64,000 nucleotides of DNA from Rhodopila sp. (lineage in GTDB: Bacteria > Pseudomonadota > Alphaproteobacteria > Acetobacterales > Acetobacteraceae), in contig NZ_DASZTJ010000033.1 in NCBI RefSeq assembly GCF_035548235.1, forward strand, positions 18,643-82,642, in the 5' to 3' direction. A program made the position numbers and the translations under genes. Positions 1-13,046 of this stretch are shown one piece after another (positions within the stretch are counted from its first letter, which is position 1; the number at the start of each line of letters is the position of its first letter). Under the pieces are notes generated by a model. It saw only the letters and a program-made list of their open reading frames with translations. It made no database searches and had not been told where the DNA came from.

Positions 1-46
1 TTGGTCAGCTGCCGAGCGGCCGGGCGACCAACTTATGATTCGTCAA

Positions 47-1243
47 TTATACGCGCCGGACGATGTAGGTCCGTTCCAGCGCCTGGACGATGTCATTAGC
101 ATGCTTTGGGTCACGTGCTTCCACCATTATTTCGAGCTCGGCCGCTTGAACCGAAACCGAAGCGAAAAGCCGTTGGTGGGAGACTTCGATGATGTTTCCG
201 CCCGAGGTGCCGATCGTTCCTGCGATATCCGCCAGGACGCCGGGCCGGTCGGGAATTTGCAGATGCAGCTTCAACAGGCGTCCGTCACGCAACAAGTCGC
301 GTAACAAAACGTTGGAAAGGATACGCGCGTCTATATTGCCGCCAGTGATGGCGATGCCGACTTTCTTGCCGCGGAACCGTTCCGGATAGGCCAAAAGGGC
401 GGCGAGGCCGATGGCGCCCGCACCCTCGGCGACTGTCTTGGCGGCTTCGACCAGCAGGCCGATGGCTTCCTCGATGGCGCGTTCGGGGATCACCAGGACA
501 CCGGCGACGCGGCGCCGGACGAGTTCGAACGGGGTTTCCCCGATGTCGCGCACGGCGATCCCTTCGGCCACCGTCGCGCCCCCGACCGACACCGCTCGGC
601 CGGCGAGGCGCTGGGCCATGGCGGCGTAGGTTTCGACTTCGGCGCCGTAGACGGCGATGCCGGGCTGCAGCGCGGTGGCAGCGACCAGGCAGCCGGCCAG
701 CAAGCCCCCGCCGCCGGTGGGGATGATCAGTGCATCCAGGTCCGGCACGTCGCGCAGCATCTCCAGCGCCAAGGTGCCTTGGCCGGCGATGATGCCGGGA
801 TCGTCATAGGGATGGATGAACACCAGATGGTCGCGTTCGGACAGCTTGTGCGCATGGGCGGCGGCCTCGGCGAGGGACTCGCCTTCCAGCACGACGTTGG
901 CGCCCCAGGCGGCGGTGCGGGTCACCTTGGTCGCCGGGGTGAATTTCGGCATCACGATGGTCGCGGCGATGCCAGCCAGGCTGGCATGGCGGGCCACCGC
1001 CTGGGCATGATTGCCGGCGGACATGGCGACGACGCCGCGCTCCCGCTCGGCCGGGGTCAAAAGGGCCAGCCGGTTGGCCGCGCCTCGTTCCTTGAAGGCG
1101 CCGGTGGCTTGCAGATTGTCGAGCTTCAGCCAAACCTGGGCGCCGGTCAGGCGGGACAGGGCTTCGCAGAGCAGCATGGGCGTGCGCTGCACCTTGCCCG
1201 CGATACGCTCCGCCGCCTGTTCGATGTCTGACAGGGAGATCAC
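47..1243 (-). CDS. Threonine ammonia-lyase (PLP-dependent, C-terminal ACT domain)
   Basis: FKERGA PLP-lysine motif, SAGNHAQ, PTGGGGL loop, C-terminal DRPGVLA ACT motif. Confidence 0.9.
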   Translation of the reverse strand: MISLSDIEQAAERIAGKVQRTPMLLCEALSRLTGAQVWLKLDNLQATGAFKERGAANRLALLTPAERERGVVAMSAGNHAQAVARHASLAGIAATIVMPKFTPATKVTRTAAWGANVVLEGESLAEAAAHAHKLSERDHLVFIHPYDDPGIIAGQGTLALEMLRDVPDLDALIIPTGGGGLLAGCLVAATALQPGIAVYGAEVETYAAMAQRLAGRAVSVGGATVAEGIAVRDIGETPFELVRRRVAGVLVIPERAIEEAIGLLVEAAKTVAEGAGAIGLAALLAYPERFRGKKVGIAITGGNIDARILSNVLLRDLLRDGRLLKLHLQIPDRPGVLADIAGTIGTSGGNIIEVSHQRLFASVSVQAAELEIMVEARDPKHANDIVQALERTYIVRRV

Positions 1244-1288
1244 GCGGTCGCCTGGCGCGCACGCAAGGGATGAACCATCGCTTTCGGT

Positions 1289-1762
1289 TCAGCCGAACCG
1301 GATTTCAAGGATCTCGTACGACCGGTCCCCGCCCGGGGCTGGCACGGACACCGTCTCACCGACCTTCTTCCCGATCAGCGCCTTGGCGAGCGGGGAGGAA
1401 ATGGACAGCCGGGCGATCTTGATATCGGCTTCATACACGCCGACGATCTGGTAGGTGGCTTCCTTTTCGGTTTCCTCGTCCACCAGCTTCACGTGGGCGC
1501 CGAACTTGACATGGCTGCCGGACAGGGTGGAGGGGTCGATGACCTCGGCGGCGGCGACGATCTCTTCCAGCTCCTGGATGCGGCCTTCGATGAAGGATTG
1601 ACGCTCACGCGCAGCGTGATATTCGGCGTTTTCCGACAGATCGCCGTGTGATCGGGCTTCCGCGATGGCACGGATGATGGCTTGGCGTTCAACCGTTTTC
1701 AGGTTGCGCAGCTCTTCTTCCAGCCGTTGCAGCCCAGGGGCAGTCATCGGAAACTTCTGCAC
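1289..1762 (-). CDS. greA: Transcription elongation factor GreA
   Basis: [13 protein letters not shown] and [13 protein letters not shown] motifs. Confidence 0.97.
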   Translation of the reverse strand: MQKFPMTAPGLQRLEEELRNLKTVERQAIIRAIAEARSHGDLSENAEYHAARERQSFIEGRIQELEEIVAAAEVIDPSTLSGSHVKFGAHVKLVDEETEKEATYQIVGVYEADIKIARLSISSPLAKALIGKKVGETVSVPAPGGDRSYEILEIRFG

Positions 1763-1857
1763 GTCAGGGTCCTTCGATCCTCAGTTTTCCTAGCGGTCTA
1801 CATGGCTCCGCCGCGACAAGGACGACCCGAAGGGCAACCTCATCCGCGGCGCAGGTG

Positions 1858-5097
<3,240 letters not shown>

Positions 5098-5144
5098 GGG
5101 GCGGGCCTTCTGGGTCGGCTGGCGCGGTCAGGTGCGTGGGGCGG

Positions 5145-5531
5145 TTAGCGGCGTCGTGCTTCGGCCACGCCCTGGGGGGTGAGTTCCAGGTGCCAATGGC
5201 ATTGCAGCGCGCCCTCCGGCAAGCGGATGGGTTCGCGGATCAGTCCGTCGCGCAGGCAGGCGTCGATGGCATCACGGAACGCATCATAGCCGACCGGCGT
5301 GTCGGTCAGGGCGGCAAAGCGTTCATAACCGGCTTCAACGCTGGGGGCGGTGATGCCGTGACGGAAGCCGACGGCCAGGATCGCCGAACGCGCGGCGTCC
5401 AAACGGTTCGTGTGAGCCGTCCCATCATCGTTGGGCATGTGCGAACTCGCTGCTGGACGGAAAAGGGACCGAACCGGCGACTGCGGCACCACGGACGGTC
5501 TCCTGGCATGATGGATAGCCACGGTGGCCAT
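5145..5531 (-). CDS. Hypothetical protein between carA and carB, possible winged-helix fold (alternative start 5438)
   Basis: ATG 3 nt after the carA stop; helical core followed by LIREP...WHLELTPQG wing-like ending. Confidence 0.6.
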   Translation of the reverse strand: MATVAIHHARRPSVVPQSPVRSLFRPAASSHMPNDDGTAHTNRLDAARSAILAVGFRHGITAPSVEAGYERFAALTDTPVGYDAFRDAIDACLRDGLIREPIRLPEGALQCHWHLELTPQGVAEARRR

Positions 5532-5534
5532 CCA

Positions 5535-6890
5535 TTATGTCCGCTGCTCCATTAGTCCCACGAACCGCTTGAACAGATAGTGGCTGTCCGACGGTCCCGG
5601 ACTGGCCTCCGGGTGGTACTGAACCGAAAACACCGGCCGGTCGATGACCGCGATCCCCTCGTTCGATCCGTCGAACAGCGACACATGTGTCACCTTCGCC
5701 CCTGCCGGCAGCGTATCCGCGTCCACCGCGAAGCCATGGTTCTGGCTGGTGATTTCGACCTTTCCGGTCTCCAGGTCCTTCACGGGCTGGTTGGCGCCCC
5801 GATGGCCCCGGTCCAGCTTGTAGGTCTTCGCCCCCAGCGCCAGGCCCAGCAACTGGTGTCCAAGGCAGATGCCGAATAGCGGAACCCCCGTCTCCAGTAC
5901 GCCGCGGATTGTCGGAACCGCATACTCCCCGGTAGCCGCCGGATCGCCGGGGCCGTTCGACAGGAACACGCCGTCGGGTTTGTGACGCAGGATGTCATCG
6001 GCCGTCGCGGTGGCGGGGACGACGGTGACCCGGCAACCGGCGGTCGCCAGGCAGCGCAGGATGTTGCGCTTGGCGCCGTAATCCACGGCCACGACATGGA
6101 ACCGAGGCTCCGTCTGCCGGCCGAAGCCCTCGGGCCAGGCCCATGTGGTTTCGTCCCAGTCATAAGTCTGGCGGCAGGTAACCTCCTTCGCCAGGTCCAT
6201 CCCCTCCAATCCCGGCCAGGCGGAGGCTTGCGCCTTCAGCGCATCGAGGTCGAAGCGACCGTCGGCGGGGAAGGCCAACACGCCTGTCGGGGCACCACCG
6301 TCGCGGATGCGGACGGTCAGCGCGCGGGTGTCCACCCCGGCGATGCCGGTGATGCCTTGTGACCGGACCCAGGCGTCGAGCGTCTGCATCGCCCGCCAGG
6401 ATGACGGTTCGGTGATGTCCTGCTTCACCACCAGGCCGCGGGCAGCGATGTTGGTCGCCTCGATATCCTGGACGTTGGCGCCTACGTTGCCGATATGCGG
6501 GAAGGTGAACGTGATGATCTGGCCGGCGAAGGACGGATCGGTCAGCGTCTCCTGATATCCGGTCATGCCGGTAGAGAAGCACACTTCGCCAACCGGGGCC
6601 GTTCCCGCCGTATGGACCCCGAACCCGCGTCCCCAGAACACCGACCCGTCGGCCAGTACCAGCACGGCGGTGGCGCCAGCCGGCACACCGTCCACTGCCT
6701 CGGGGGTTTCGCCCGTCATCAGGTCCGCCATTGTCAGCCCCGTGGCGGCGATCACTGCGGGCCAGTGCCGCGACGGGATGGCGCCGGCCTGGCGCCATTT
6801 GCGTACCGCTTCGGTGCCTACGCCAGTAAGTCGAGCGGCTGAGTCGGGACCGCCGAGGCGGTCTATGATAGAGTCGATCGCGTGCGCCAT
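5535..6890 (-). CDS. carA: Carbamoyl-phosphate synthase small subunit with N-terminal Cro-like HTH extension
   Basis: [29 protein letters not shown] catalytic Cys, HPE triad. Start re-called at MAHAIDS (6890), 7 nt after a -10 box. Confidence 0.97.
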   Translation of the reverse strand: MAHAIDSIIDRLGGPDSAARLTGVGTEAVRKWRQAGAIPSRHWPAVIAATGLTMADLMTGETPEAVDGVPAGATAVLVLADGSVFWGRGFGVHTAGTAPVGEVCFSTGMTGYQETLTDPSFAGQIITFTFPHIGNVGANVQDIEATNIAARGLVVKQDITEPSSWRAMQTLDAWVRSQGITGIAGVDTRALTVRIRDGGAPTGVLAFPADGRFDLDALKAQASAWPGLEGMDLAKEVTCRQTYDWDETTWAWPEGFGRQTEPRFHVVAVDYGAKRNILRCLATAGCRVTVVPATATADDILRHKPDGVFLSNGPGDPAATGEYAVPTIRGVLETGVPLFGICLGHQLLGLALGAKTYKLDRGHRGANQPVKDLETGKVEITSQNHGFAVDADTLPAGAKVTHVSLFDGSNEGIAVIDRPVFSVQYHPEASPGPSDSHYLFKRFVGLMEQRT

Positions 6891-6896
6891 GACTTG

Positions 6897-6925
6897 ACTA
6901 TATGGGAAGAAACTTCCCAGCTCAA
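6897..6925 (-). promoter_or_regulatory. Predicted sigma70 promoter of carA with a palindromic operator filling the spacer
   Basis: Minus strand TTGAGC (6925-6920), 17-bp spacer TGGGAAGTTTCTTCCCA (perfect 7-3-7 palindrome), TATAGT (6902-6897). Confidence 0.75.
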
Positions 6926-6940
6926 CTGTCGCCCGGCTTG

Positions 6941-6957
6941 ACGGAAGAAATCTCCCG
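6941..6957. promoter_or_regulatory. Second degenerate copy of the 17-bp carA operator
   Basis: ACGGAAGAAATCTCCCG matches TGGGAAGAAACTTCCCA at 12/17 positions, 38 bp away. Confidence 0.55.
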
Positions 6958-6970
6958 GAGGATTCACGCA

Positions 6971-7435
6971 ATGCCAGACACCATCCTGACCGGCGGATGC
7001 CAATGCGGTGCTGTCCGCTATGCCCTGTCCGAAGCTCCGGAGTCGACCGTTTGCCATTGCCGCATGTGCCAAAAGGCCGTCGGCGGACCGTTCGCCGCGT
7101 TCTGCAAGGTGCGTCTCGACCACTTTGCCTGGACGCGTGGCCAGCCGGCCGCGTTCCGCAGCTCCACGGCGGCGGAGCGGCATTTCTGCCGCGACTGCGG
7201 CACGCCGTTGACCTTCCATTACTTGCATGGCGACGCCATCGAGGTGACGACCGGCAGTCTCGATCATCCGGAGACGGTGCCGATCATCCGCAACTTCGGT
7301 GCCGACTCGCGGCTGCCTTGGATCGACCGGCTGATGCCGGGTGCGGTCCCGGATGTGCCGCCCAGCAATCCGGCGCTGGACAGCCGCCAGCATCCCGACC
7401 ACGAAACACTGACCGGCTGGCGGCCGCCTGCCTGA
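6971..7435 (+). CDS. GFA family Zn-binding protein
   Basis: [18 protein letters not shown] and [11 protein letters not shown] motifs; GGAGG SD before ATG 6971. Confidence 0.9.
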   Translation: MPDTILTGGCQCGAVRYALSEAPESTVCHCRMCQKAVGGPFAAFCKVRLDHFAWTRGQPAAFRSSTAAERHFCRDCGTPLTFHYLHGDAIEVTTGSLDHPETVPIIRNFGADSRLPWIDRLMPGAVPDVPPSNPALDSRQHPDHETLTGWRPPA

Positions 7436-7484
7436 TTATCACCACACCTCGTCCCTATAGAGACCGCTCCGCCGGAGACTTTTC

Positions 7485-7943
7485 ATGACTCTCAGAGAAC
7501 AATTCACCGACCACCTCAAGACCGCGATGAAGGCCGGCGATGCCGCCACGACCTCCACGGTCCGCATGATCATGGCCAAGATGAAGGACACCGACATCGC
7601 CGCTCGTCCCAAGGGCATCGACAAAGTGCCGGACGAGGAGATCGTCGCCATGCTGCGCGGCATGGTCAAATCCCGGCGGGAGTCCGTCGAACTCTACCGC
7701 CAGGGCAACCGGCCCGAGCTGGCCGCCAAGGAGGAGGCCGAGATCGCGGTCATCGAGGGATTCCTGCCCAACCAGATGGATGATGCCGCCGTCCAACGGG
7801 CGGTGAAGGACGCGGTCGCCGAGACCGGCGCGGCCAGCATCAAGGACATGGGCAAGGTGATGGCCGCGCTGAAGGCGAAGCACGCCGCCACCCTGGACAT
7901 GTCCAAGGCGGGCCCGCTGGTGAAAGCGGCCCTATCCGCCTGA
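7485..7943 (+). CDS. GatB/YqeY domain protein
   Basis: AMKAGD...KSRRES..Y..GNRPELA..EEAEI..IEGFLP pattern; conserved position before dnaG. Confidence 0.93.
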   Translation: MTLREQFTDHLKTAMKAGDAATTSTVRMIMAKMKDTDIAARPKGIDKVPDEEIVAMLRGMVKSRRESVELYRQGNRPELAAKEEAEIAVIEGFLPNQMDDAAVQRAVKDAVAETGAASIKDMGKVMAALKAKHAATLDMSKAGPLVKAALSA

Positions 7944-7949
7944 CGTCCC

Positions 7950-9776
7950 ATGGCGCTCCCCGCCGGATTTTTGGAAGAGCTTCGCACGCGGGTTCCCGTC
8001 CCCGCGGTGGTGGGGCGCCGCGTCCAGCTCGCCCGGTCCGGCAAGCAATGGAAAGGATGCTGTCCCTTCCACGGGGAAAAGACGCCCAGCTTTTATGTCT
8101 ATGACGATCACTACCACTGCTTCGGATGCGGGAAGCATGGCGATGCGATCACCTTCGTCATGGACACCCAGAACCTTGGCTTCATGGACGCCGTTGCCCA
8201 GCTCGCCGCCGAGGCCGGATTGGAAGTCCCCAAACCCACCCCGGAAGCCGCCGAGGCGGAACGTCGGCGCCTGGACACGATCGAGGTGTTGCAAGCCGCT
8301 CTGGCGCATTATCGCCGCCGGCTCGACCTGCCGGAAGGCCGAGCGGCGCGGGACTATCTACTGGGGCGAGGCCTGACGGCGGAGACGATCGAGCGCTATG
8401 GCTTGGGCTGGGCCGGCGAGCGGGGCGGTCTGACCGCGGAACTCGGCCGCCAGGGTGTGGCAAATGAGCAACTGGAAATCGCCGGCCTGCTGCGCCGCGA
8501 CGAGGAAACCGGTCGCACGTTCGAGTTGTTTTCTAACCGCGTGATGTTTCCGATCCGTGATCGGCGCGGCGCCATCATCAGCTTCGGTGGCCGGATCCTG
8601 GGGGCCGGTCAGCCGAAATACGTCAACGGGCCGGAGACCCCGGTCTTCTCCAAGCGCCGCAGCCTGTTCGGGCTGGACATCGCGCGGGAGGCCGTCCGGA
8701 CGGGAAAGGCCCTGATCGTGGTGGAAGGCTACATGGACGTCATCGCCGCCGCTCAGTCCGGTTTCACCGGGGCCGTAGCTCCGCTCGGCACCGCGTTGAC
8801 CCAGGAGCAATTGGAGCAACTCTGGCGGATTTCGGCTGCTCCCGTTCTCTGCTTCGACGGCGACAGCGCCGGGGCGCGTGCCGCCGCCAGGGCTATGGAC
8901 CTGGCGCTGCCGATGCTGACCTCGGGACACACGCTGAAATTCGCCACGCTGCCGGCGGGCGAAGACCCTGACAGCTTGGTGCGCAAGGGCGGCGCGGGGG
9001 CTTTGCAGGCGATCCTGGACATCGCCCAGGCACCGGTCGAGGCGCTGTACGGGATGCTGCGGCAGGAGGTCGGGGATGCCAGCGCCGAACAGCGCGCGGC
9101 GCTGCGCAACCGGCTGACCGAGGTGGCCAGCCGGATCGCCGACAAGGCGCTGGCGAGCGAATACCGCTCCGCGCTGCTCGACCGTTTCTTCGCCAGCCGG
9201 CCGCGCAACGGGGGGACGAAAAGCGGGGCGCGCGCCAATGGGGTACGCCCGATGAACAGCGTCGTCCGGACGGCACCCAGGCAGGTGCCGCAACCGAACG
9301 GCGCGATCGCTGAAAGGATGCGGATCCTGACGGCAATCCTGCTGCGCCATCCGGCGCTTTTTCACGACGTGGCGCACGCGTTCGACACGCTGGGGCTCGA
9401 CGATCGCCTGGCGGGGTTGCGGAATGCAATCGAGTCTTATGCAAATACAGCGGAAACCCTTGACTCTGCTGGTCTGATGGACCACCTCACGCAGTCTGGA
9501 TTTGAACGCGACGTGCAGCTCGTGCTGGCCGGGGCGCCGATGCCCTTGCCGGCCTGCGTTGCGTCCGACGCGATGCCGGCCGAGGCGGAAAGAGAATGGT
9601 GGCACATTTTTGGCTTCCTCAATGTGGACCGCCTGCGAGAGGAAGTCGAATTGGCCAAGGTCGAAGCGGGTCGCAACCTGACGCAGGAAACCCAGCAACG
9701 TCTGCAAGCGCTCAGGGAAGCTCTGCTGAACGTGCAGAGCGGCGACCCGGATGGCGCATCGATGAACGATGCCTAA
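7950..9776 (+). CDS. dnaG: DNA primase
   Basis: CPFHGEKTPSF...CFGC zinc finger, EGYMDV and FDGDSAG TOPRIM motifs. Confidence 0.98.
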   Translation: MALPAGFLEELRTRVPVPAVVGRRVQLARSGKQWKGCCPFHGEKTPSFYVYDDHYHCFGCGKHGDAITFVMDTQNLGFMDAVAQLAAEAGLEVPKPTPEAAEAERRRLDTIEVLQAALAHYRRRLDLPEGRAARDYLLGRGLTAETIERYGLGWAGERGGLTAELGRQGVANEQLEIAGLLRRDEETGRTFELFSNRVMFPIRDRRGAIISFGGRILGAGQPKYVNGPETPVFSKRRSLFGLDIAREAVRTGKALIVVEGYMDVIAAAQSGFTGAVAPLGTALTQEQLEQLWRISAAPVLCFDGDSAGARAAARAMDLALPMLTSGHTLKFATLPAGEDPDSLVRKGGAGALQAILDIAQAPVEALYGMLRQEVGDASAEQRAALRNRLTEVASRIADKALASEYRSALLDRFFASRPRNGGTKSGARANGVRPMNSVVRTAPRQVPQPNGAIAERMRILTAILLRHPALFHDVAHAFDTLGLDDRLAGLRNAIESYANTAETLDSAGLMDHLTQSGFERDVQLVLAGAPMPLPACVASDAMPAEAEREWWHIFGFLNVDRLREEVELAKVEAGRNLTQETQQRLQALREALLNVQSGDPDGASMNDA

Positions 9777-9834
9777 AAGTATGATGTTTGATAGTATGGG
9801 GTCACACCCGACCTACGAAGGAGAGACCTGAACG

Positions 9835-11769
<1,935 letters not shown>

Positions 11770-11975
11770 TCCTGGCGTGGCCGGGTGCTTTCTCCGTCAG
11801 GGCGGGCCTGCGCTCGCCATGACGAGGGGAGGTCTGTGCCGGACCGAGACGGCAGACAGGGATCGCGACCCCGCCGCGAAACGCCCACCTATCCACGCCG
11901 CGTCAAATATCCTAGTGTGGAAGTTCCTGTAACGGCTGACGATTCAGTCTCTTACCACAACGACACGGCGATCAG

Positions 11976-12206
11976 ATGGCGGATGCTCAGACTCCCGGCA
12001 ACTCCGAAGGCGCCGAGGCCTCGCTCAACCGGCTGGAAGCAGCGTTGGAAGCGATCGCCGACAGTCTTCGTGCGAGGCCGCCCGCCCCGGCCCCCGCTGC
12101 GTCTCCTCCATCGGCGACGCCCGAGGTCTTGGATGAAGTCGAGCAGCGTCTCGACGCCGTGATCGAGCGGGTCAGGACGATCCTCGGCCGAAAATCCGAT
12201 CAGTAA
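11976..12206 (+). CDS. Small coiled-coil protein upstream of zapA (DUF4164/ZauP-like by synteny)
   Basis: Two predicted helices separated by a Pro-Ala linker; conserved position before zapA in Alphaproteobacteria. Confidence 0.7.
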   Translation: MADAQTPGNSEGAEASLNRLEAALEAIADSLRARPPAPAPAASPPSATPEVLDEVEQRLDAVIERVRTILGRKSDQ

Positions 12207-12230
12207 AACCGAAGAGAACCAGGTTCGCTC

Positions 12231-12530
12231 ATGGCGCAAGTCACCATCCGCATAAATGGCTATTCTTATACCGTCGGCTGCAAGGACGGGGAGGAAAAAC
12301 ACCTCGAAGCCATGGCGGCCGAGGTCAACCGGCGGGCCGATGCCATCCGCCAAACCGCCGGCGGAGTGGGTGAGACCCGCATGCTGGTCATGCTCGCGCT
12401 GTCGATGGCCGACGAGATCTTCGAGATCCAGCAGAACGCCAAGCCGGACAAGCGCGCCGACACGGAACGGCTGCATCGGCTGGCGAAGCGGGCCGAACAG
12501 ATCGCGGCGAACGTCGAAAAGAGCGACTGA
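12231..12530 (+). CDS. zapA: Cell division protein ZapA
   Basis: VTIRINGYSYTVGCKDGEEKHL...LVMLALSMADE. Confidence 0.92.
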   Translation: MAQVTIRINGYSYTVGCKDGEEKHLEAMAAEVNRRADAIRQTAGGVGETRMLVMLALSMADEIFEIQQNAKPDKRADTERLHRLAKRAEQIAANVEKSD

Positions 12531-12540
12531 CGCTGCCGCG

Positions 12541-12993
12541 ATGAACGGCGTCAGGCGCGAACCCGCCAGGCGGGCGGATTACCGTTACTTCACCAGCATC
12601 ACGACGCGCTGGAACGACAATGACCAGATGATGCACGTCAACAACGCCGTGTATTACATGTATTTCGACACGGCGCAGACGACGTTCTACATCCAGCGCG
12701 GCCTGCTCGACATGCGCAGGACGTCGCCCTATGTCGTCGCGGAAAGCGGGTGCCGGCATTTCACCGAAATCAGTTATCCCGACGTGCTTACGATCGGGAT
12801 CAGGGTCGCCAAGCTGGGAACGTCGTCCGTCCGGCTGGAGATGGGACTGTTCCGTAACGACGCCGATATCGCCTCGGCGGAAAGTTATTTTGTTCACGTA
12901 TTCATAGATCCGGGCACGAGACGGCCGATCACCATCCCGGACGAAGCGCGGGCGGAGTTTGCCGCGATCGCGATCGGCGCCGACCGCCATTAA
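12541..12993 (+). CDS. Acyl-CoA thioesterase (4HBT/YbgC hotdog family)
   Basis: RWNDNDQMMHVNNAVY motif; start re-called at 12541. Confidence 0.9.
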   Translation: MNGVRREPARRADYRYFTSITTRWNDNDQMMHVNNAVYYMYFDTAQTTFYIQRGLLDMRRTSPYVVAESGCRHFTEISYPDVLTIGIRVAKLGTSSVRLEMGLFRNDADIASAESYFVHVFIDPGTRRPITIPDEARAEFAAIAIGADRH

Positions 12994-13046
12994 CCCTTCG
13001 GAAAGGTTCCTGTGTTTCCGTCGCCCTGTGGCAACGGAACACCCGC

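Noticed and set aside
6891-6971. ORF-track start for carA at 6971 (478 aa)
   Set aside because: It would run through the promoter and operator and abut the GFA start; ATG 6890 fits the -10 box and begins the HTH domain.
12531-13046. 6S RNA expected after zapA
   Set aside because: No intergenic space and no 6S-like long hairpin found.
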